A stretch of 64,000 nucleotides of DNA from Azolla caroliniana (lineage: Eukaryota > Plantae > Polypodiophyta), in NCBI GenBank assembly GCA_043228905.1, contig JBHGNT010000004.1, forward strand, positions 11,904,001 through 11,968,000, read 5' to 3'. The notes below the pieces were generated by a model. That model did no database searches, was not told where the DNA came from, and was given only the letters and a program-made list of their open reading frames with translations. The position numbers and the translations under genes were made by a program. Each line of letters opens with the position of its first letter. Position 1 is the first letter of the stretch. Of this stretch, positions 1 through 9,321 are shown in pieces.

Positions 1-3000
1 AAGTCAAGGGGGAGGCCTACTTGCTTCTATTGCGGCAAGCCGGGACACTTCCAGAAGAACTGTCGGCACTTCTGAAAAGACAAGGAAACTGACGGTACCA
101 ATTCGAAGCGGACACCGGACCGGAATGGTAAAGACCGGAGGGGGCCGGACCGAAAGGGAACGACGGCAATCGCGGCAAGTGAAGAAGAGTTGATGCTCAT
201 CACCGAGGAGAGTGAGCTAAACCTTGTCGGCGATGAGATGACCTGGGTGGTCGACTCCGGAGCGTCGTTCCACCTTACCCCGGACCGGAAATGCTTCTCA
301 TCCTACTCAGCCGGTGATCACGGCTGTGTCCGGATGGGGAATGAAGGTACATGCCGAATTCTCGGCATAGGAGACGTGTGGTTGACAACACCAACCGCAT
401 GCAAGCTGCTGCTGAAGGATGTCCGACACGTTCCAAACGTTCGTCTGAACCTGATATCAGCCGATCGGCTAGATGATGAAGGCTACGCGGGTAGCATCCG
501 GAACGGTGTTATGAAGTTCAGCAAAGGGAGCCTGATTGTGGCTTGGGCCCGGAAGGTCAACACATTGTACCTGATGAATGCCTGGTTATGCCCGGAAGAA
601 GTGAACGTGGCATCCGACACTGCCGGTGAGCTGTGGCACAAGAGGCTGTGTCACATGAGCGAGAAGGGGATGAAGAGGCTTGCAGAAGACAACCTCATTC
701 CAGTGAAGAACGTGCACTTGGAGAAGTGCACTGATTGTCTGGCCAGTAAACAAAACCGGACCTCCTTCCGATAGAGGCCACTGGAGTTGGTGCATACTGA
801 TGTATGTCAAGTGGACACGAAGTCACATGCCGGATCGCAGTACTTTGTGATGTTCATAGATGACCACAGCCGGAAGTTGTGTGCCACACCGTTGAAGACG
901 AAGGATCAGGTGTTATCCGTCTTCAAAGAGCTCCACGCGAGAGTGGAAAGAGAAACTGGCCGGAAGCTGAAGGCGGTTCGAGCAGATAACAGAGGTGAAT
1001 ATCAGGGGCAGTTCAAGGAGTACTGTCGCTCGAAGGGAATCCGGCTCGAATTTACCGTGCCGAAGACGCCGGAACTAAACGGGCCGGCCGAGAGGATGAA
1101 CCGGACCATAATGGAGAGGGTCCGGAGTATGCTGGCGCATGCGAAATTACCCAAGACGTTTTGGGCTGAGGTGCTGTCGACAACGACGTATGTGATAAAC
1201 AGATCACCCTCAGTGCCCTTGGATGGAGATACACCGCAGAAGGTGTGGACCGGGAAGGAAGTGTCCTACCGGCATCTGAAGGTGTTCGGGTATCTCGTGT
1301 ACGTGCATGTTGCTAAGGACCGGAGAGGAAAGTTGGATCCAAAGACCTGGCCATGCATATTCCTCGGATACGGCGATGATGAGTTCGGCTACCGAGTGTG
1401 GGATCCGGTTGCCAAGAAGGCTTTCTGGAGTCGAGATATTATCTTCATGGAGGACAAGACTTTTGCCGACTGGGAGTTGGAGAAGAAGATAATGAACTCC
1501 GATGAGATTCGGACACACCCGGCTAAGAGCCGGTTGACACTCGAGGAACCAGACAGTTACGGTGAGGATACCGAACTGGCAGAAGAAGAAGTAGAGGAAG
1601 CTAAAACCGGAACCGGCCAAGACCCCGAATCGGATTCGGATGAAGATCAAATAGTGGAGCCGGTTGCCGAAGGCCAAAGACGGAGATATCCTCTCAGAGA
1701 GAGAAAGGCCCCCCGAAGATTTCCGGATTCAGAGCATGTGTTGTTGACCGATGAGGGAGAGCCGGAAAGCTTCGAAGAAGCGAAGGATGACACCCACAAC
1801 CGCAAATGGTTAAGTGCCATGCAGGATGAGATGGATTCCCTGCATCAAATAGTGGAGCCGGTTGCCGAAGGCCAAAGACGGAGATATCCTCTCAGAGAGA
1901 GAAAGGCCCCCCGAAGATTTCCGGATTCAGAGCATGTGTTGTTGACCGATGAGGGAGAGCCGGAAAGCTTCGAAGAAGCGAAGGATGACACCCACAACCG
2001 CAAATGGTTAAGTGCCATGCAGGATGAGATGGATTCCCTGCATGAGAACCTTACGTACGAATTGGTGGAGTTGCCGAAAGAAAAGCGGGCACTCCGAAAT
2101 AAGTGGGTGTACAAGTTGAAACCGGGAGATGCCGCCAACCCCCCGAGATACAAAGCCAAGATCGTGGTAAAGGGGTTCCAACAGAAGAAGGGTGTGGACT
2201 TCGACGAGATATTTGCCCCGGTAGTAAAGATGACCTCCATCCGGACGGTGCTGAGTATAGCGGCAAGCATGGACCTCGAGGTAGAGCAGCTGGACGTGAA
2301 GACGACATTCCTTCACGGTGACCTCGAAGAGGAGATCTACATGCAGCAACCGGAAGGATTCGTGGAGAAAGGGAAGGAGCACCTGGTTTGCCGGTTGAAG
2401 AAGAGCTTGTACGGACTGAAGCAGGCTCCCCGACAACGGTACCGGAAGTTCGACTCCTTCATGACCGATCAAGGGTACCACAAGACGCAGGCCGATCACT
2501 GCGTGTTTGTGAAGAAGTTCGAAGGAGGCGACTTCTTGATACTCCTTCTGTACGTGGATGACATGTTGATCGTTTGACGGGACCAAGCCAAAATATGGAT
2601 GCTCAAGAAAGCTCTCAACCGAACTTTTGCAATGAAGGACTTGGGTCCGGCAAGACAGTTACTAGGGATGCACATCATCTGGGACCGGTCAAAGAAGCAA
2701 TTGTGGTTGTCATAAGAGAAATACGTGACAAAAGTGCTTCAGCGGTTCAACATGTTAGAAGCAAAACCGGTTGGATCGACACTCCCAGCAAACTGTAGAC
2801 TATCCAGTAAGCAGAGCCCGAAGACAAAAGAAGAGAAGGTTGATATGATGAAGGTTCCATATGCCTCTGCCGTCGGGAGCTTGATTTACGCAATGGTGTG
2901 TACTTGACTGGATATTGGATACGCAGTCGGAGTGGTGAGCCGGTTTATTAGCAATCCCGGCAAGGAGCACTAGAACGCGGTCAAATGGATACTCCGGTAC

Positions 3001-3528
3001 CTGAAGGGCACTTCAAATATGTGTCTCCGATTCGGCTCCGGTAAACCTCAACTTGATGGTTTCACCGATTCGGACATGTCGGCTGATGTGGATACCAGCC
3101 GATCTACATCCGGGTATGTAATGACATATGCAGGGGGAGTTGTTTCATGGCAGTTGAGGCTGCAATAGACGGTTGCGTTGTCAACCATGGAGGTAGAGTA
3201 CATGGCAGCTGTGGAAGCCGGCAAGGAAATATTATGGATGAAGGACTTCATCGGAGAGCTCGGTATCCGGCAAGATGAATACCGGATCTATTGCGACAGT
3301 CAAAGTGCCATCCACCTTGCTAAGAACGCAGTGTACCATTCCAGGACGAAGCACATCCAGCGTAGGTATCACTAGATCCGGGAGCGAGTAGAAGATTGAG
3401 AGTTCGCGCTGACGAAGATCCACACAGCCGAGAACGGGTCAGATATGCTGACCAAAGTACTGATACCCGACAAGCTGGATGCATGTCGGAAGCGGATTGG
3501 ACTAGTAAGACATCCCATGCCGGAGTGA
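1..3528 (+). pseudogene. copia gag-pol polyprotein with several premature stops (e.g. 772, 2575) and an internal in-frame duplication
   Basis: ORF pieces 190-774, 787-2577, 2725-2907 and 3178-3375 share one frame; domain order PR-IN-RT-RH is typical of copia. Confidence 0.9.
1646..2043 (+). repeat. 198-bp tandem duplication (66 aa, in frame) in the IN-RT linker
   Basis: ATCAAATAGTGGAGCC starts at 1646 and again at 1844; the peptide QIVEPVAEG...MDSLH occurs twice in ORF 787-2577. Confidence 0.95.
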
Positions 3529-3538
3529 AGGGGGAGTT

Positions 3539-4255
3539 TGTTAGGAAACAGGTCCCTCCGGATGGGAAGTGAGAAGAATAGTGTCGATGTGGTGTACCCG
3601 GCAACGGAAGACCCGGTGAGAACTGGATGACGAGTACCCGGCAACGGAAGAACCGGTGAGAACCGGATGTGGAGTACCCGGCAACGGAAGACCCGGTGAG
3701 AACCGGATGTGGGGTACCCGGCAACGGAAGACCCGGTGAGAACCGGATGACGAGTACCTGGCAAGAGCCGGATGGTGAAGGCCTGGTGAGAAGTGCTCAC
3801 CGGATGAAGGGACATATTCGTAAATATGTTTTCTGAGAGTCCATCGGGGCTATATTTGTAAATAGCCGAAAAGTCATATTAGTATAAATATGACTTAGGG
3901 CAAACTTAGTGGTGTAGTAGTTGTCATTCTTGTTAGTGCAGGATTTGAGTGTGTAACTGTGTACAGAGAGAGAGAGAGAGAGGAAGAGGTCGTTGCCCCT
4001 GTTGAAACTGCCGCCTGTGGCAAAGATAGCAAGCTCAAGGTCGTTGCCTTGGTGCTTTACTATTGTACATTGTTGATATAGTGATAGTTTGCAGTCTGTG
4101 GGCTGCCATGGTTTTTCCCTAGTTTGGGTTTTCCACGTTAACATCCTGTGTACTCTTCTCTTTACTGTGTCGTGCATTCATTACCCAATTTCTGTGTTTG
4201 ATCCTAGCCTCGGTTGTGGTCGAGCGTTGTGCTTAGGGAGCGTGTATTTCTATCA
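3539..4255 (+). repeat. 3' LTR of the copia element (TG...CA), containing about 4.3 copies of a 40-bp unit at 3595-3765
   Basis: Starts TGTTAGGAAACAGGTCCCTCCGG after the PPT; homologous to LTRs at 28633-29313 and 35631-36368; end placed by alignment with the solo LTR. Confidence 0.85.
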
Positions 4256-4908
4256 TTCTTTGTGTTTCTCGTCTGATATTGTGGTGGTACAATCCTAGCA
4301 CTACCGGCTACTTGGACCGTTAGATGTATCTTCGTTCGACCTGGAATTGCAACTCTCTTCCAAGCCCAAAAATGTTGTTTCTTGTCTTGCCAAGTTCTAT
4401 AATAATGAATCTGTGTCGGCAAGATTGGTGATGTTGCTCCCTTCTTCTTCAATACTTCCCGTTTGGAACATTCTTTCGGCAAACCACCTAATTCTAGCAG
4501 AGAATGCGTGATCACGCTGCATTGCTTTTGCCACTTCTCGGATTTTGTCCCTTCTTCATGCCCTTTCGGCTCGTTTACTTGCTGCGTTGTCAATTTGTCT
4601 CGACGACATCCATCCTCTGTTCGCCGTGTCATGCAGGGCCTCGTGGTCGCCAAATTGTGTTTATCCTAGACTAGATCTTACGCACAAACACATAAGTACT
4701 CCATACTGGAATACAATCCAAAGGTATGGTAATAATCTGCGTGCACAATCCCTCAATCCGGATAACGTATTCAAATCAACAACAAACATTAATACACGTG
4801 TAAGATAAAACATTCAAGTAAACAAGACGACAAGTATACAAATCTTCCAATTATATTATATCTCTTGCGGATTAAAACTATACAATCTTGACTCCTTATA
4901 TAGGAAGC
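4256..4908 (-). mobile_element. Ty3/gypsy (non-chromovirus family) fragment: U5/R part of an LTR (4658-~4908), PBS (4641-4652) and 5' internal leader
   Basis: Minus strand reads ...GGATAAACA caatt TGGCGACCACGA, the same PBS as at 33029-33040 and 57386-57397. The LTR shares motifs (TCCTAGA; ACACG[T/C]GTAAGATA) with LTR 33048-33509. Confidence 0.7.
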
Positions 4909-7229
4909 CAGTTCTGATTCATACCCCTGACGGCATATTGTTGTCTCATCGACACTATGTGTTGAATATGTTGTTCAAGTTCGGCATGACCGATTGCCGA
5001 TTGGTCTTGACACCCCTTGACTAGAATCTGAAGTTACGTCTTGACTCCGGATTGGCCTGCAATGAGAAACGGTTCTGACAAATTGTTGAAAGCCTTATAT
5101 ATCTCACTATCACCCGACCGGAAATAAGCTATCTGGTTGGAATGATCAGTCAATACATGCAACGACCAACCATTGAGCAATTTCAGTGCATGCATCAACT
5201 ACTGCGATATGTGAGCGGCACTAAGGATTGGGGACTGTTGTACCGACACGGTGTAGATAAAAGTTAGTCGGTTAGACAGTTGTTGACTGGGCTAGTGCTG
5301 CATTGGATCGTCGGTCAACATCCGGATTCATGTTTTCTCTCGGGAGCATGGTTGTTGTGTGGAGCAACAAGAACCAGCCGACAATGGTCGAGCACTGAGG
5401 TTGAGTACTGCGGAGCTACCATCGCCACCTGTGAAACTATTTGGCTTCGGCGGCTATTGCAGGACCTCTAGATCGAACTGCCGACTCTAATCCTGATCTA
5501 CTATGACAACATAAGTAGCATGTAGCTCGCCAAGAACCCCGTGTTCCATGCTCACACAAAGCACATCGAAGTGCATTATCACTTCGTGCGCGAGCAGGTC
5601 CTAAGCGATGAAATCGAACTCCGATATGTTCAAACCGATCAACAAGTTGTCACCATCTTCACGAAGCCACTCGGGTTGGATAAGTTGCAACAATTTTCAG
5701 AGATGCTTGGGCTACAACATCTTGACGTGCCACACTTGAGGGGGGAGAACTGGAACAGGAACCAGGAGAACAGGTAAAGGCATAGCCGAAGAGAAAGAGA
5801 ACGAAACTGAAACAAGGGGAGACAAGGAGAAAAAGGGACCTGAGTCGATCAAAGAAGTCAGCACATCTGATAAATTCGAAACAAGCGGCAATGACAGTAG
5901 AGTCAAGAAGGATAGAGCCGACCAAAAGATGAAAGCCAAGACTCGAACATGGTCTGATGTGGTGAAGGGCCTGAAGATTGAGGACGAATTGGAGACAACC
6001 AATTCAGACAAGAACGGGAATGAATAAGAGGCAGTCGATTTGGTTGAACAGTTCAATTTGGAAGAGCCGGATCACATGAAGGCCAAGCGGACGAGAAGGC
6101 AGTGGAAGTTGACACCGACACGGAGGAGCCGACACGTCGAGAGGCGCCAAAGTCACAATAGCGAAGGAGCTGAGATGGCCCTTATGAGCATACAAGCCGA
6201 CCAAGAAGGTCGAGGTGCGCGAATCTGGATGGGTCGAGGTGTGCGAGCAAGGCGTAAAGACGTCAGGAGAAGCTAGAGGTGTAAAGGTTAATATGTGGAA
6301 GCTTATGACAAACCGGTTCAGCCGGATAGCAATAGAGAGAGTACAGGTTTAATGGAAACCTTACAAGACACAAATAGAGAGTGGGAGAGATAGGGAGCAG
6401 AATAGCAAAAACTATATTCAAAAAATAATACTATGTACATAGGATGTGCTCAATGAGCACTCTTTATACAAGTCCAAAAGGGACTGATAGAAGTACTATG
6501 TACTTCAATGCTCATACGAGCGGCTGACACTAACTACGAGGACCATGACTACCTAGTAGCCTAGAAGCGTAGACCTCTAAACAGCCTACCAGTACACACG
6601 TGGGTCCGGCTCCCTAATCCCGATCCGGCTCCCCAATCCCGATCCGGCTCCTGGTTCCGGATACTATCCGAATACGATCCGACTCTAGCTTATCCAGCCG
6701 ATCCAGATCCGGCTGAGCTTGCTCACTCAACAAGAGGCAACGACCGACAACGACTGACACTACGATCCAACCTCAAGTTGAGCGTGAGGGGGAGTGTTGA
6801 GTGGACAAGCTCAACATGGACCGGATCGGACCCTAAACCGATCGGCTAGACCCCGGATCGGTGTCCAAAACGAAGAGCCAGATCGGTATTCGGATCAGTG
6901 CGAACCGATAGGCCATTAGAAGCCTACGATCCTAGCCTAGTAGATAGGCATACACTTAGGAGTTAGTATTGAGCTCAGTTACGAGCATTGAAGTACCTGT
7001 CAATACTTTTGTCAGTCCTTTTAAGGACTTGTATAAAACTGCTCTTTGAGCACATTCGATGTATAGAGTGTTTTTACAGAGTAATTTTTTAATAGAGTTT
7101 TCGGTGTGTTCTACTCTGTCTCTCCTGAGTACTCTTTGTGTTTCAAGCTTTCCATTAAACCTTCACATACTTTCTATTGCTATCTGGCTGAGCTGGTTGT
7201 GTCTATACGCTTCCACATGTTAACTTTCA
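4909..7229 (+). mobile_element. Ty1/copia 3' half (RT C-terminus, RNase H, 3' spacer, PPT, 3' LTR 6795-7229); 5'-truncated
   Basis: Degenerate RT/RH (GSLIYLT-like, SSTEVEY, FHAHTKHIEVHYHFVRE); PPT GTGAGGGGGAG at 6784-6794 followed by TGTTGAG...TTTCA. Confidence 0.85.
6280..6732 (-). mobile_element. Solo LTR (copia, related to LTR 6795-7229), antisense insertion
   Basis: TG...CA ends and perfect 5-bp TSD AGAGG (6275-6279 / 6733-6737); its minus-strand start TGTTGAGTGAGCAAGCTCA resembles TGTTGAGTGGACAAGCTCA at 6795. Confidence 0.9.
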
Positions 7230-7948
7230 GAATAATATCTCTTTGTATCTACTAATATCCTGAATTATCCTAATTGTCCCAATTATCCTGCTTTCATATT
7301 TACCCTCTTTCTAGACTGTCTTCCGAATCTACAACACTTCAGTTCTACTTCTCTAGGCAACACTTGGCATGCCCGTGCATGTCGAACCCACATGCCCTTA
7401 GCTTTCCTCCAATATATCCAAAATGCTTTGTTGCTTGTCTACCGTTCCGTCGCGTTGGGTTCCTGACCTTTCTCCCACTTGTTGTTATCATTGACTCTCC
7501 TCAGACAATTGTTCTTCCTCTGTTGCTCATGGTTGTTCCTTATATTCTGTCCTCTGTTGCTTCGGTGCTTGGTCCTCCAGTTGCTCCACCTGTTTCTTTG
7601 GATGTTCTTCCTCCGTGTATGTATGTTCTGACGCCACCTCTAGTCACTCTTCATCACTAAGATTTATCCATTTGGCTTGGATGTCCCTGATCTGTTGTTT
7701 TGTCAACTAAACTCTCTCCCACTTGTAAGCTTCCAACTCCAATGTTAATTGCAGCTGATCATCCTCAAAATCTTGCAAGATTTTCCGTGTTTCATTAGTT
7801 TGAACTTAAGCCATAGTTTGAAAATCTTTGGATAATTCCTCCAAATAGTGATTATACTTTCTTCATCCATCTTGTAAAAGTGGTCTCCGTATTTTGCCTT
7901 GTTCTATGTGTTGGAAGCAATCGTCTAGATGTAGAACAGAACCAACAC
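7230..7948 (-). mobile_element. Ty3/gypsy 3' end: tail of the extra ORF (ends QQSILDILEES*), tRNA-like site 7365-7392, U3 start of LTR (7362 down to 7230)
   Basis: Minus-strand translation end matches EQSILDILDEA* near 33565-33600, followed by the same tRNA-like motif and a TGTTG LTR start. Confidence 0.75.
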
Positions 7949-8281
7949 TGTTTGAGATGAAGATCTTCAGTGAATACAAATAGACAAATTATTAACACAA
8001 GACAATTGAATCTTAAGACAAGATCAACAAGAAGGCAACAAGAAGAGGAGAGGACACCAATAGGCACAAAACATTGTATTTGTATTATTCCTCTGAAAGT
8101 TACAATGGCACAATATACAAAATGAACAACCTTTTTAAATTAGGTTACAAAAATCAATTTAAATACCAACTGACTTAAGGCAACTACCCTTTCCACTATT
8201 TACATAAATAGCCTAAAACCTAATATGTCCAAATGGGACAATATGAATACGTCCATTAGAAGCTTGTATTGACACTCCCCC
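7949..8281 (-). repeat. Probable 3' LTR (7949-8274) with PPT (8275-8281) of another, truncated LTR element
   Basis: Minus strand GGGGGAG followed directly by TGTCAATAC; left boundary is tentative. Confidence 0.5.
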
Positions 8282-8429
8282 GTAATGGGCATATAGAACA
8301 AAAAAACTGTAATAAAAGAGAATAAACAAAGTTATAGATTTATACAAGGTTGTCAAACAAATCAACTTTGTTCGAATCGGAAAAGTCCAGGAACATAAAG
8401 TTGGGTCAGTCGAAGCCGGAAGGGCTGAA

Positions 8430-8902
8430 GCCGAGTATTGTTCGAGTGTCGAGAGACAAGCGAAACACTTCTGGAACTCTTGAAGTATTGTTATCGTATT
8501 TCTCCCCTTCCATTAGGTCTTTCTTGGTCATTCACAAGGAGTCGTCTAGGCCGTACTCTTCAAGCAACCGTCTTTCAAACTCCAACCAATTGTGGATCTG
8601 CGGAATCATCTCAAGTATCTCCCCATGGAGACTCGACGTTACACTCTCCAAAGCCACTAACTTTCTTTGCTTCAGGAATGTCCCACATCAACATCCTAAC
8701 TTTGTATGCCTCTAGGTAGCATGAGATGTCCTTTCCATTGAATCAACTCGCCTTCTGACAATCGTCTTTATGGCTAGTTCTAGGTCGGCCATGTTCTCCC
8801 TTTCTTGCATCATTCGGTTAATGGCCCCAGCCATCATTGTAGCGAGATCCTCTCCTTCCATCTTGATTTTTCCATTGCTGCTCTTTTACGTCGGGTTCAC
8901 CA
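8430..8902 (-). pseudogene. Degenerate gag N-terminus of a Ty3/gypsy-like element preceded by a tRNA-Trp-type PBS (8888-8902)
   Basis: Minus strand TGGTGAACCCGACGT, then MEGEDLATMMAGAINRMMQ...FNGKDISCYLEAY...NWLEFERRLLEEYGLDDS with frameshifts. Confidence 0.6.
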
Positions 8903-9321
8903 AATTATGTCGCATTAAACACACGTGCGTGTGCTACTTAAGCGGAACCACAAGGGTCTTGATGCTAAGGTTAGGACGACTCAAAAAGATGGGGTCCCAC
9001 ATGTGTCCACCCCATCCGTTTTCCCATTTTCGCCTGTGTTTCCCACCTTCCACATGCCACATCAATCACGACACCAGTTTAGGAACTGAGTTGGCCCTAA
9101 ATGGTTCAGTTCCACTTGAGCCTTGCCAAACTGAGCTCAAACCGAATAAGGAGGCTCAAGCCTGAAATGTGAAAGTTGACATTTAAAAATGGTTTAATGG
9201 CTCGATTTAGGCTTGAGCCGAGCCATTGTTGATTCCTACTTGCAAGTCAAGAAGGGAAGGTTTGATCGTGCGCCTTAACAACCAACCATCATCTCCTACA
9301 ATCCCGCATCAATGTAACCAT

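Larger units (their letters stand above)
1..4255 (+). mobile_element. Ty1/copia LTR retrotransposon (Tnt1/Tork-like), 5' part outside window; degenerate
   Basis: Gag zinc knuckle CFYCGKPGHFQKNC (nt ~20-63), protease VVDSGASFH, GAG-pre-integrase WHKRLCH, integrase, RT (LLLYVDDML), RNase H (YCDSQSAIHL). PPT GAAGGGGGAG at 3527-3536, then 3' LTR 3539-4255. Confidence 0.95.

Noticed and set aside
3595-3765. CRISPR-like array (also 36115-36270 and 43825-44140)
   Set aside because: The units are contiguous tandem repeats without unique spacers, lie inside LTR elements in a eukaryotic context, and no cas genes are present.
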